Assembly (NCBI GenBank): GCA_043797125.1
Contig: JAZDPX010000042.1
Location: 1-62,267, forward strand
Direction of reading: 5' to 3'
Length of the DNA: 62,267 nt
Source: Candidatus Omnitrophota bacterium
Lineage (GTDB): Bacteria; Omnitrophota; Gorgyraeia; JABMRG01; JAFGKX01
The position numbers and the translations under genes were made by a program. The notes under the pieces are model-generated. The model saw nothing but the letters and a program-made list of their open reading frames with translations. It was not told where the DNA came from and made no database searches. Positions 24,801 to 27,835 of this stretch are shown in pieces. The number at the start of each line of letters is the position of its first letter. Within the stretch, counting starts at the first letter, position 1.

Positions 24801-27594
24801 GGCAGTGTTGATAACGATAGCAACGGGCGCGATTTCGCTTTTTGGGGTTTTGAAAAGCTTCGGGCAGGATGCGGTGAATACGGCTGTTAATACAACATTG
24901 GTTGTAGACACTTACGGTTGGTGGGATCAACTTTGCCATGGGGTAGGTTATGTATATTTGGTGTACATAGGCATTTCCTTGGGTATCTCAATATTGCTCA
25001 TTACCGCATGGATAATACTTTTTAGTATTTGGAAAGGTAGGGTAATATGGGCAACGTGGGAATTAAGCCCACGCAAAATTTTGTCAAATTTGCATACATG
25101 GGACAATTTTGAGCGAAAACGCAATGCTTTTTTAAAAAAGATAAATATGGCCAGCAGCAACAAAGAGACAAAAATAGAGGCAGCAAAACAAATTCATTCA
25201 GAATACCCTGATAAAGAAAGGCTAACTAAGAGATATAAAAAGATTCTCGCCGCAAAGCTGCCATCAATAAAAGAAATGCGCGATTTATTCAAATCAGCAT
25301 CAGCCCTGTCGCTGGTAAAGAGCAAAACCAGCTTTTTAGACGTAAAAAAAGCAGGCGAAAGATTAACTGAATATCTAAAAAGCGGCAGCTCGGAAACAAG
25401 ATACATCGCTGTCGATACGAAGATATTATTAGCATCAATCTCGTTGTTAGACTATGGGTTGATATTGGGAGACGGTGTTTTGCCTGTGAAGGCCTCGGAG
25501 CTGGGGCGCGATTTATTATCGCGGGTTGAGTCTGGCCAAGAAGTTATGCGCTGGGTCGGCATTCTTATCGAGGCCTATTATCATCACAGGGCGGATAAAG
25601 GAAAGAGTTTCGCGGAGAATCTGGAAGCGGCCAGCGATTGGGCTAAATGCGATTCTTCGGCGAAGGATAAATTGAAAACGTTATTTAATGCGTTAGTGAA
25701 AATTATTGACGGGAAAACAGAGCCGTCAGGCGAAGATTATGAAACGCCGCTAGCAAAATGCGATAAAAACGACGTTGAAGGGCGCACCGGGATTCGCTAC
25801 AATGAAATACTGCAAAGGGATAAAGATAGCAAAGCCAAATATTGGGCTAACCTATCGCGGGGTGAAAAACTGCGCGCGGTGATGACAAAATACACAGTAA
25901 AATATGCCATATTAGCATGGCTTGCTTCCATGCCGCTAAAGGCATTAGGCGGCGATAGATGGTATAACGATTGTTTAAGGTGGATAGCGAAAAACATAGG
26001 CGCGATGTGGGGTTTAAGAAAGCTTGTTTCGCAATTCATTATCCCAACGCCGCCGGATGTGCAGGAAGCGACAAAAATAACGCAAGAGGCAATTGATAAA
26101 GAGAAGCAGCGCCAAATCGGGCTTATTCTTGACAGCGTCGGAGACGCCGCCAAGAATAAGGAAGAGGCAGAATTTCATCTTCGTCATTATATCAGCATGA
26201 TGGAGAATCTCGGAGCGAAAATGGATAAGTCAATTGATTCGGACGGAAAAACAAGGATAGATTTCGCGGTTAAGCTAAGTGCTATCTGCTTCGAGGCCTG
26301 GGAACGCGATGATAATAATACTAGATTTAATAATAGGCAGAAATTAGAAGGTATTCTGCAGGAGCTTATTGTTTATGCCAAAAAAGTGGAGCGAAACAAT
26401 AACGATGTTTATATTGTTATTTGCATTGACCCCGAGGAATACGCGTACAGAGATTTTTCAATCGAGGTTTATAAAAAGGTAATCGATGACTTTAAAGGTC
26501 AATACGGCGACGGCGTAAAGGAAAACCCGGTTATTTACGGCGAGAAAAACGGCAAGAAGTTGTTGAGAATAGGCACAGCTGTGCAGGCATATCTTAAAGA
26601 TTCAGGCAAGGTGCTGGAGCAAGATTTACTTGCTTGGGAAAAACAGAATAATTACAGCATGCCGTTACGCTTAGTAAAAGGCGCTTATGACGAAAAAGAG
26701 AAAAAATGGGCGGAAAAAGGCATGCGCTATCCGCTTAATAAAAATATATCACCCGAAAAGAAAGGATTCTCTTCGCCTGTTTTTACGAATAAAGAATCAA
26801 CCGACGCGCATTTTGAGCTTTTAACGGAATTTCTAATGGCGAACTCCGAGCATTTCCAGATAGCGATAGCTTCTCATAATTACCGTTCAGTTGCGCACGC
26901 GATGGCTGTGGCTGATAAATATGGTTTAAACAAGAAAGACTGGCGAATTGAGATGCTTTATGGTTTTAACGAGCCGGGCAAGGATGTTTATGTTGGCATG
27001 GGATATCAGGTATTCGGGTACGCGCCTATTGGCTTGGAGGAGAGTGGATATCCATATGTAGGCAGGCGCCTTCTTGAGATGCGCAATAAGAAAAACGCCA
27101 TAACGTATATTATGGCAGGTGATGAAACGTTCCTGGAAGATTTACGCAAAAAGCCCGGGTTTCCGAAAGACAAAAGCGATGATCCGAAGCTTGTGCCGAT
27201 AATACCTAAACCGGATGTTTTTAAGATGAGCCAGGAGGATATTTTGGCAAAATGGCTTACAAATTATTTAAGAACAAGGGAAGCAGGGTCTTCATTTACA
27301 GCCTCTGGAGCAGCGAATGATTTTCAGCAAGAAAACAAATATTCTATTTCAAATGAAAAAATGGCAGAAATTTTGGATGCCTTATTGAAAGAAGGCGTGT
27401 TAGTAAGGGTTGAGAAGCAGGGTGTTCCAAAGGCCAATGAATTGTATTGGGCTCTTACAGACGTACAAAAAGTGCAAAGCAGTAAAGATGATACGGATAT
27501 AGAGAGGGCTATAAGTGAGGCCATAGTTGAGAAACCGCGCAGGGAAGAAATAATCAACCCGAAAATAACAGAAAAAATAGGCCAGGCGGCGTAG
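3769..27594 (+). CDS. Giant (7,941 aa) multi-domain secreted/membrane protein: signal peptide, PLP-fold, M3-like peptidase, TPR, repeat modules, multi-TM, proline dehydrogenase
   Basis: This is a single stop-free frame of 23,826 nt. An AGGAGAGG sequence lies about 10 nt upstream of the ATG. All overlapping minus-strand ORFs are short (<=183 aa). Recognisable domain signatures occur along the whole length, so the frame is coding throughout rather than open by chance. Confidence 0.9.
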   Translation: MKRKIMKIISMVLIIAFTVNQVSYGASGEHIAREKAASALRPASLVDNSLFPNSTFQINPQFDGNIGEIVEQTVFEKSGTPLEAATHEPESLVERMIADFESAGVPRGEDNKKKRYEGVSFVSGMASIYAAASYALENNDLDDPNKAEIILLRPAYGCSDNLFGQLQSVAKVKFVNSLEELKEAVTENTVFFFFESPANPSLKIIPIKKAADIVKSKNPNAIVAFDNTFATSAAQQPLRHGVDISMVGCTKGISAVGDVEGAVLVAKKDIAEKLKSRRAKLASPIDALDAFKIIKYGLPFLYKRLEKQQSNAFKVVELLKQKVNDGIIKSVSYPGDLQNPDYETAKAQMTNFGHMIYFDLDTLERAKACVNLTKYTRFLNYAVSLGQVRTLIEVPALGTHKTVSKEDQKAGGISEGGVRLSVGIENIDDVLRELECVFTILERYKDNLDAIPYDKLDRIFMAKWYGPNGETEHLLRKMPIIRRKNNKYVIEPNITRAISRLRDDYTKETARIIHEATRIDRCDAQNLLIHHTWLWGLLSGDHHSLTSSGGSTTFRSENAKSMEDAFISLGLLEKDTQKIEAGLRNIYTRLGTPAIVTLETLVTLFETGVKDALSYKYRGFSTPSLNEAINCVINKSILTTPAKENNKPIKIVAFTSENTKLDLIINHYKNQYYSELENENGNLKFEFEAVYSPSGIAGLNETVDFVFVDDAPYSGLNVSDINSIKQHTNAKITWINTSGFSKGIQPIKEGADMSIVSIKDGEEENSAVIVAPFEDATKFAGTRKNTDNPVRDRKALEASNYILPHREFGIATQTYERKTAYLHEETPGHVFISAEHIKSNKSFPDEVNILGSKVSITLICSTHHTETRESVNAPSIIRDTCNDMINNATNQAQISEDDIEGFLISRQVDIAKNNFYTKIINFLKYIKDYVLASIRKTVYYDEVKKFIDEVELKLDSINEQLYSIGTQRNSCIADCPISSPEDKEKYDTYFSSLPDKQQEVLKESKWKYPIFWVDSLDGKDGKKIGDILEKKEDKLKQEKLALVSDAKLLKDAIAYSKLKIKNPVLKKRFQKLIPTLLYEQVDNDPKIRKQYLELYKAYLSFPMVYEGEKLNDVSANYISRNKLDEKERKQLSLFMPQRGKELVSRKLAFAKLQNETTRKLATKFGLSYKSYTELSHAANEFPYSQFEKFAGQIETATKHAITEAADEYRQALAEEGLELLPHNVLYKNRKTYKEVEQYYTVDQLSKAVKQTFEDMGIDISKVLIDNNTRGQEGLEGKLDGRFPHPGISTYIGRGLAARILLNLQDGADFAYILPHETGHGANHTNGNFDEGTLVGSSSQAISEFLARFIENMIYDPVWIQKYISEMPKPLMYEFLEARRKEHLLMFRGLGYYLAVSGFEKYMYELADMDENSEEYKKIYGDMTKEQALTQYYWNMRSGITGIPDPAHVKDYYNSPEWAGLIHYIIATAYMPFSYFYADIYYYQVARALKDKGLSIAKNPKEIGKFLTEKFYNVGSRISGDEIIENAIGKKPDPRDYIQWAITEIKNPSIKEEVISAGKNRERGIFDVSNFLPLSIIEEPRPVKIKQFKEADMTIESLPIDELHNLVNKLGLPSTTMVLNAKDGIESTQELINKIINEKVGVALVFCDNYEQAKTFYYTLFNKIKDMDTLERVLSALYALKPEIAESAPQGLNFVFSESAISPLISLKDVFYTRIASDKDVKIIITHYAQEDTQSAKDLIEWAKGRKQKDAEEVASKSEKKLLKYALVAKNTSNRIVGIIYPAAGIKQKQNLVIAYPPHNKKIEKFAKQLEFRGGFVKEITSISPIKKYGFYGMFILTWLNLMDFAYYLFEMTQKINIGLITRPVSIARDIDYEPTGDETYYKDGVRLYENGCSFDKDGKRPEAIQVFNEALAKFNEISDQYKKRSERDNFIKLTEGKIKEEWQSRLRNANTLYSKASYSKAINIFNDIIANCKISKTRPIIQEAERMRGLAYKKMVSEIEWCNKKIAKLTSDIETCNKSKNSGNIKKFGNKNEIIVTSSEKIIEKLENILQHVNNLDETDITENIYNEIMKAKDPVITVITIESTTQKTLKRLIAYVNTQLEKLEPLKDLEEDEPIKNKAAINLVPEDTPADDDTIRKLEGEIAAAKSQLKQKYKHEDNLRWLFVLHTRTIELSKIQGNQKKVERSLNALKTLTSKAGPSTSLGKEFCAKLGSILNYLGKYKEARIYFNNGILSTDREAKLASLEGLAYAYLFTNDNQESVEAANILLSLEADDIAGAITKAYALKNMEEFEEAEVVFNDLVRLTEAKMHNEPLELAPIKALLGLADVLHKQGKIDQAKLEIKRAVWLNKERKDVKEAVTALSVEITAPPVASRENVKTLYEDALKMLDRPEECMNALRDIFYVIQGENGYDDVKADLHAGIGICFQKMHNNRMAAFEFKYAKSARVETEQVHPEDLKTQAKEKLILANQCYDPNDQDSGWKAKVYLREVIDMADSDTIYDAYNTLAYIYHLEGNVTEAILLYSKMVDLKLHDESGKCDIKTVYYRMGVAFADGKIFRHAPDYIKSLGGAGATDTKRFFSSMIAGRLAQREGNLEKVISEAFLAVNHIKSQEHSYNFLAEAYCNLAYCLRQQKITDEVTANYKKSIGFLFKKLGLEAPGESDNLETFCEFTEKNITPHDLSFEERQNLGEILNGFGAICTDVGTPDLAIRFFVLADKFLISKEERNFMVFLRGQAYLEKARLLRDEKDAGAVEAFSLAEKDLISSEKAIPKCRSFAYYLLGAINLFLNRPNDAIGYAIKAQKEGYEKSYTDITLLHANLALNKIDDALLLFSQLIKQSPTNEKIYTTLLSGIHSGWDNLPRFVMSMGNVPGAIETFCKVAETEDDVEEKNKMVNSLLPILKETSAGKKAAITIFKTLNMLKDTRVLEGLLDSISLQLSEMPKSKNGNGNNLHSLAEDINIFAENCDNLQLIELANLLNQYKSDNFYEDLMLKTSVNAREKIVQAMLLQAPQTDGKWLKVLSQKNIDQQKEIFDEYKVSDNGEVRDEALDCLVRFVKEGIVLKDEPAEMRAAMELVAIYAADNRLDDLKNSSYAPLCIVKEEGMEFVLPLEVSSHTLSNVRVMFKGNREIDEEALLLMKKVFRNGKRFISSYAGRTHYWLPVPVEGANKQNIAVVAIDAKGAIKGKADEEAIAFSAYALTHLCEVDYTGARKIRDEVNNAILWCKGKIKGEEPKVYFDRRSHSIVVAHDKSPKMWSVKIEKNVGAVVSERDFSQEYINGSDDVSEIFHISLPLLPRNKPRDPTESTKVVDLINKINRCFVSDEKNTAGKDTAWFYIQNELLNKYPKHTLTKENLPVFQNLYIKTAVEEIKQLLDARADEYNVLDAFLEIEKLEQHVSNGDLPANNTLIKNKLPSLKYLAYLAFTDIPKDDVLVLLKVRAKLKLDDKGTIIDMYMDLYKEAIAPWQILLIECVAEEIAVKQGIKDCVFELEFSDTAQLITFDFSKADMENKIRIIIKENPQDLSKDVDMLIKQASAAEAVGVKNGSNHRVITSLPLKTAVRGISRVDTVISIVIVTAGLGVGLLLGYFFGVAVPFIVAASLFSIFGIWYVAAKIYKAKFASKKAAKGKPEKEETIYDIIKSDFEEALGLEKVDEKIEALESALKDAKNNLSSISEEIRTIEGKRAPLVDAQRQGIILKVDGKVKNIKRQTAGKSYSRKQKINQKHEVVWEEQNKELGELTKQLDECNGLKLKLEWLIPKIEKEFKLAKKAAKLLQPVVPSGHKKVIKKKEQPEDKPYIEDKEPEKIKPSDLEDNQAEYTTEVGKINNLFKKHEQRINDSMNYTTSDAFETSLAEAHKIRLQAINLAKEDSSNVKLQKALLKFDGYSEYVNLAMQYASWLFEDAQRYYDAHNESLDSFPSKYANAQVILYTELIGSRDIGAFDKKAQEIRQGKLDRGFPVGISVFENNLKAARVEFAKLNEGNKEETPVTLEIIANHLNNKTFEKEENQYELKTQLLSSGKRLYMRIDEVGGEKCMDFDIQKYIPDEGKFIIKFNRIYNKDYPSLFLPEVIKLIMQLPGFEKGAVFEDTDGNVVDFGGSENDDSFLKKVYGFVLPLLLFYGPKILEFLKDRPVGLSTKIVQGDRIDWLLTELEEKLKDDPKSAEMIEINDLYSKAKTAINKGKVYLSEAESCLKELKDKSHNIRLISVTAVFNLVHNEAVNIRNSKDIKPKWENAKTESDFNELRKAIKAYPVIEAQRGKKLSDHEKQRQRIQKIAKQELLLLVMENEIIALKRKIESPSTQKKSVIKQDTKKTQKEKEATRLFDEFVKHLNDSKHRIFETAKAGFGKSWESAWEESKTLYNKAKEMLNSSKMLNYCDIDMLGKANKMLEQTLILRETAKAIFQWDFELAKEEKAKLTNLKHQDTMNVYFQEQKKLKEMIINYINDGKQDEFEKEVKHIENKFVKPDLSTLKEQAKLREEEIARFDNYDQLEKFMDSLVEFKAYDKISVIVTYTAKDSAELLERGVVASDRYSRRALLDYCRIKDGDINKSFIIKMRQEKNCPLSYFYNVKKRLEEAVEQFKDTATEKQEINYELKLSGKEALKFIKFLNSRKEEWAGKISGMIIVAVYGSINMAKDISDPKQAALLSEKINLHINSTERFDVRVMTAVKNSDDYKAVYEMITQAFEEVTKPQEEAIVESEPITCKLSGGAVIEAVEGIMANGMTCDTMGYIKIIIPGINYEHVFEHYDLDAIDGLKATIQEGKLDATFTVKVIIGFKNSPDEKGIEKITAILKNAEGAYAKVKLVEELEELDQENIDGKMPDGKYTLRDVDIVLDGLEENISIQMSLYDDKNEHGDIFIWALNYSSEEEKFTASWLDMAEGHREERLIAKVIQRILQCKLIPDKARFEFIIGASRGQTKALLDPELGGDLSEFGLSCSVEERDSEIVYTVKKTDKMNEEVTTLQVHEPMKTDDQVTFDHVSNVTEEKPISLKTVADSLNKTTLEKDKHMYSLTTSFTDCIKVGGYESLYIRIEEQGRRCLDWHIEYFPSENKFAMGLPIRAEQMDNANLLCPEVIKLIKQMFGIKRDLIFEDNKGNIVDFGGLKKQTGKTDKKQPAVLTNEESNAFVKYLKSQTVCNGEKIEAKWWRHGSSNPVFEIEAGKLDKWRFSYEAKGNDIIIDTLLSNDAVDFSGWTYKGLEDADTTVMVELIKVILSAEQIPDDAKFEFHIASKDQDTLNFFNTLIAKHAPNFGLQCKESRWGYFVYADKQVTPPLTLEASKSQRTMPQQQADYKVITMKFTLAGDSLKHFAWMSNHKDYSLLKNKTCVSSFTVFTQAVKGKVFDMLKETYDGKDVNDLQYAISENSLFVEQGVEVEVVVKSEYAAETKRLLGEMLKNSSNAKIELETIEDAAAALPSQAAISQEKTTKGMEDIEINPVITTDEHMYEIRKFLQNQKITAKESKTDYKLSLSWSEFDENGFEACFYIYHNTEPKALVDWHVTYYPKYNKIQFKAFSSRFVEECKQQGLIVAFMQAINNAPNMANTKFEFPVYAIGKDVFEKEIKPYLPDYGFEFVEGVKNWVSVYFVAKTDKKDTTDETKDKTTRSQVTTSQVPETKITGKTADMSFKAFSEEIDTITDEISNKYKKDWEEKIRHIVISVDGIDLIIGDDSIGKQIGLRLEERGMWSSEVQVTLAVVFITEPDDSVISEINSIIKKNIALKTKIPPIEGNVLAWKPNDVEGEDIENTSFSLIFKDSRMHVRTAPSLPITYEQAIKFIEEYKQRMIERAEKVLEIPHLVADFGNATGSSVYGLKSPKDADDIMKSMDGAYNKKLTKLVLETREQAHKDTEELRAIMELLESCISGAKAVETEEVTSHKVTTSQEAEKITLTDDGKGALVWQHHKTEKIFSNINAEQYYLIQRTDIQKIKESERSSDIPKIKITGQSLLKFLNDNDEIIDDCKALVTNEYINVYELVTTVYEADEYAGSYSLHLYKTPEKTDVNALKKLLYEIGKKEIEVQFVVRSSGIDKLEPNLKKLKDIFETYIEGAGKVTRHKSQDTRSQETEQAALTGKQIDEFGCYLKNQKIDGVDLNQKRVTYGITVIYLEETSYGFQFKIAIDREVEEGKDYFSCDVMYDFNRKAFACVNFSVQGGIYKFIKMVELILNAPHIPKDAKLVYNVYSEDGSSKKQLNNFGDLSEYGLIHSAKKEGNIYTANSITKIQKKDDKEVTKPQVKKKKRTSGNEGNGGSGFGTSLGTWCAAFMVIPFAWEGFATMFGVDPAAKLAVHGFIFATLGIFGSAISFKWWKEFFNNFFADLLSYKAIPTDYAKKVKEVTKKIKDVKLGKGKENAKYNQISSSAAGLYENIPSSVKKDFAKIIGRNSSLDMFYRFLKEISVISAAEESYHPIDYIAAQARFNKLKKDKSALSSLGNLDISWEVIFLTIGLLEHSMLLPKEWKLHRHIDITKDFLVKLGYKKETKQVLNLIKAYHSIMSSHADDEFLTKKAVENVVSIITKEDSEKRELKASMNIMLMALGEEVKEAKSEKRVVSEELPTPEISVETDITESEEDESIDYTDTDGEKETKKSEIKQSHDVTFGMEMFKKYHNPDLVFQDDGEGESIEEGGDDAIGTYSVTYNNFCILADILIQERDNIRASAGYKRVDLKVVKEWISKGVSQKSEKEYDITNKFFVEQMLKDAEVDLGKESMSISVIVENIESTPGRVIELLNEAETGKIAEMAKAETPGLFIGKTVTAWRITPKDLRNLVKSLTEELDADKNKYKGLSFRIQEKGKTGFDMYNINNTDDLRNLDNCIYAQIYPYDRPLMVIIQDSDSSDKKEHAQLVVKKFIRYRKFTNEEAKEWLKPGKKHTGYGDWLSSIDTGNFIFALVAILTGAIIWFFTGGSSTEHHDMILPILSVGVGSSLRDSITATVYNLFVYNKDLEKTKNRQSDETEYTKTESIKKVEQTHNTALPENDLKNRQRFFYGPINTFAGIASLILLSPFWAYGGLVKALHKLFSKAVLITIATGAISLFGVLKSFGQDAVNTAVNTTLVVDTYGWWDQLCHGVGYVYLVYIGISLGISILLITAWIILFSIWKGRVIWATWELSPRKILSNLHTWDNFERKRNAFLKKINMASSNKETKIEAAKQIHSEYPDKERLTKRYKKILAAKLPSIKEMRDLFKSASALSLVKSKTSFLDVKKAGERLTEYLKSGSSETRYIAVDTKILLASISLLDYGLILGDGVLPVKASELGRDLLSRVESGQEVMRWVGILIEAYYHHRADKGKSFAENLEAASDWAKCDSSAKDKLKTLFNALVKIIDGKTEPSGEDYETPLAKCDKNDVEGRTGIRYNEILQRDKDSKAKYWANLSRGEKLRAVMTKYTVKYAILAWLASMPLKALGGDRWYNDCLRWIAKNIGAMWGLRKLVSQFIIPTPPDVQEATKITQEAIDKEKQRQIGLILDSVGDAAKNKEEAEFHLRHYISMMENLGAKMDKSIDSDGKTRIDFAVKLSAICFEAWERDDNNTRFNNRQKLEGILQELIVYAKKVERNNNDVYIVICIDPEEYAYRDFSIEVYKKVIDDFKGQYGDGVKENPVIYGEKNGKKLLRIGTAVQAYLKDSGKVLEQDLLAWEKQNNYSMPLRLVKGAYDEKEKKWAEKGMRYPLNKNISPEKKGFSSPVFTNKESTDAHFELLTEFLMANSEHFQIAIASHNYRSVAHAMAVADKYGLNKKDWRIEMLYGFNEPGKDVYVGMGYQVFGYAPIGLEESGYPYVGRRLLEMRNKKNAITYIMAGDETFLEDLRKKPGFPKDKSDDPKLVPIIPKPDVFKMSQEDILAKWLTNYLRTREAGSSFTASGAANDFQQENKYSISNEKMAEILDALLKEGVLVRVEKQGVPKANELYWALTDVQKVQSSKDDTDIERAISEAIVEKPRREEIINPKITEKIGQAA
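3931..5088 (+). other. Cys/Met-metabolism PLP-dependent enzyme fold (cystathionine gamma-synthase / methionine gamma-lyase family-like)
   Basis: The family motifs are colinear: 'VSGMASIYAA', 'FFESPANPSLKI', 'FDNTFATSAAQQPLRHGVDISMVGCTKGISAVGD' (candidate PLP lysine at 4519-4521), 'SYPGDLQNPDYETAKAQMTNFGHMIYFDL', 'AVSLGQVRTLIEVPALGTH', 'GGVRLSVGIENIDDVLRELE'. Confidence 0.75.
5536..6349 (+). other. Degenerate second copy of the same PLP fold
   Basis: 'YTRLGTPAIVTLETLVTLFETG' resembles YSRxGNPTxxxLExxxAxLEGG. 'VDFVFVDDAPYSGLNVSDI...WINTSGFSKGIQPIKEGADMSIVSIKDG' resembles the ESPxNP...DNTF...GADIVxHSxTK block, but the S-x-T-K spacing is altered. Confidence 0.35.
7190..8450 (+). other. M3-type (oligoendopeptidase F / thimet-like) zinc peptidase-like module
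   Basis: 'DGADFAYILPHETGHGANH' carries HETGH at 7711-7725, followed by 'SQAISEFLARFIEN' (candidate third-ligand Glu). The flanks are long and helical, as in the M3 family. Confidence 0.55.
9390..12300 (+). other. TPR-like / coiled-coil repeat tract (~970 aa)
   Basis: There are many 34-aa-type helical repeats with A/L/Y/G periodicity, e.g. 'LGSILNYLGKYKEARIYFNNGIL', 'AYALKNMEEFEEAEVVFNDLVRL', 'LGLADVLHKQGKIDQAKLEIKRAV', 'LAYIYHLEGNVTEAILLYSKMVDL'. Confidence 0.55.
14464..14604 (+). other. Transmembrane hairpin (TM cluster 1)
   Basis: 'VISIVIVTAGLGVGLLLGYFFGVAVPFIVAASLFSIFGIWYVAAKIY' contains two hydrophobic spans and is followed by a Lys-rich segment. Confidence 0.6.
15721..16053 (+). repeat. 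Internal repeat module, copy C1 (aa 3985-4095)
   Basis: It aligns end to end with 18721-19068. Shared blocks are 'L(N)KTT(F/L)EK', 'LY(M/I)RI(D/E)E', 'PEVIKLI', 'FED..GN(V/I)VDFGG'. The DNA has diverged, so the duplication is old. Confidence 0.7.
18226..22362 (+). repeat. Four related 'A-type' repeat modules (18226-18573, 19114-19524, 20062-20475, 21958-22362)
   Basis: Each module is ~115-135 aa and ends in a conserved block '(V/I)xL(I/L)xxAxxIPxDAK(F/L)E(F/Y)...(F/Y)G(L/F)': 'IPDKARFEFIIGAS...EFGLSC', 'IPDDAKFEFHIASK...NFGLQC', 'MANTKFEFPVYAIG...DYGFEF', 'IPKDAKLVYNVYSE...EYGLIH'. The 'DWHVTYYPKYNKI' segment of module 3 matches 'DWHIEYFPSENKF' of copy C2, which links the A and C types. Confidence 0.6.
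18721..19068 (+). repeat. Internal repeat module, copy C2 (aa 4985-5100)
   Basis: 'PISLKTVADSLNKTTLEKDKHMYSL...CLDWHIEYFPSENKF...CPEVIKLIKQMFG...FEDNKGNIVDFGG' is the partner of copy C1. It lies almost exactly 1,000 aa downstream of C1. Confidence 0.7.
22501..22670 (+). other. TM cluster 2 (two hydrophobic spans)
   Basis: 'GTWCAAFMVIPFAWEGFATMFG...LAVHGFIFATLGIFGSAISFKWW'. Confidence 0.55.
24360..25050 (+). other. TM cluster 3 (about 5-6 hydrophobic spans)
   Basis: 'FIFALVAILTGAIIWFF', 'MILPILSVGVGSSL', 'FAGIASLILLSPFWAYGGLV', 'AVLITIATGAISLFGVL', 'VYLVYIGISLGISILLITAWIILFSIW'. Confidence 0.55.
26257..27120 (+). other. Proline dehydrogenase (PutA/PRODH-type FAD beta8alpha8) domain at the C-terminus of the giant protein
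   Basis: The PRODH signatures are colinear: 'IVICIDPEEYAYRD', 'GTAVQAYLKDS', 'LRLVKGAYDE', 'FTNKESTDAHFELL', 'IAIASHNYRSVA', 'IEMLYGFNEP', 'FGYAPIG', 'YPYVGRRLLEMRNKKN'. The Arg-Arg pair and the following Glu are retained. Confidence 0.8.
27340..27465 (+). other. Possible winged-helix-like tail
   Basis: 'EKMAEILDALLKEGVLVRVEKQGVPKANELYWALTD' has the helix-turn-helix plus beta-wing pattern typical of wHTH domains. This is pattern-level evidence only. Confidence 0.25.
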
Positions 27595-27635
27595 GGTGGT
27601 GGGGAGTTGGGAGTTCGGAAAAGTTATCCACAAAA

Positions 27636-27661
27636 GTAGCGGAGCCTTAAGGCTCCGCTAC
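27636..27661. repeat. Perfect palindrome, variant a (GTAGCGGAGCC-TTAA-GGCTCCGCTAC)
   Basis: Read directly. It lies 42 nt after the giant ORF stop. No T-tract follows. Confidence 0.9.
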
Positions 27662-27709
27662 CGAGTGAGATTGGAAGGTGATTATATCTATTATATTAAT
27701 ACTTTCTTC

Positions 27710-27738
27710 TTGACCGCTTAGAGAGATTTTGTTAACAT
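27710..27738 (+). promoter_or_regulatory. Sigma70-like promoter candidate TTGACC-17-(TGt)TAACAT
   Basis: The hexamers and the 17-nt spacer were counted from the sequence. An extended -10 TGn is present. It lies in the 241-nt spacer before the glycan locus. Confidence 0.4.
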
Positions 27739-27763
27739 ATAAACTCTATTATAACCAAATATA

Positions 27764-27779
27764 GTAGTGGAGCCTTAAG
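27764..27779. repeat. Half copy of the palindrome (GTAGTGGAGCCTTAAG)
   Basis: It matches the left arm plus the centre, with one substitution, and has no right arm. Confidence 0.6.
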
Positions 27780-27787
27780 ATATAGCA

Positions 27788-27813
27788 GTAGCGGAGCCTT
27801 AAGGCTCCGCTAC
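27788..27813. repeat. Perfect palindrome, variant a
   Basis: The 26-mer is identical to 27636-27661. It lies 22 nt upstream of the ATG at 27836. Confidence 0.9.
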
Positions 27814-27835
27814 TAGCAAACAAAGGAGACTTAAG

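Noticed and set aside
3769-27594. Alternative genetic code or stop-codon recoding as an explanation for the giant ORF
   Set aside because: Neighbouring genes in this window terminate with TAA, TAG and TGA. The giant frame has no in-frame stop at all under the standard code, so no recoding needs to be invoked.
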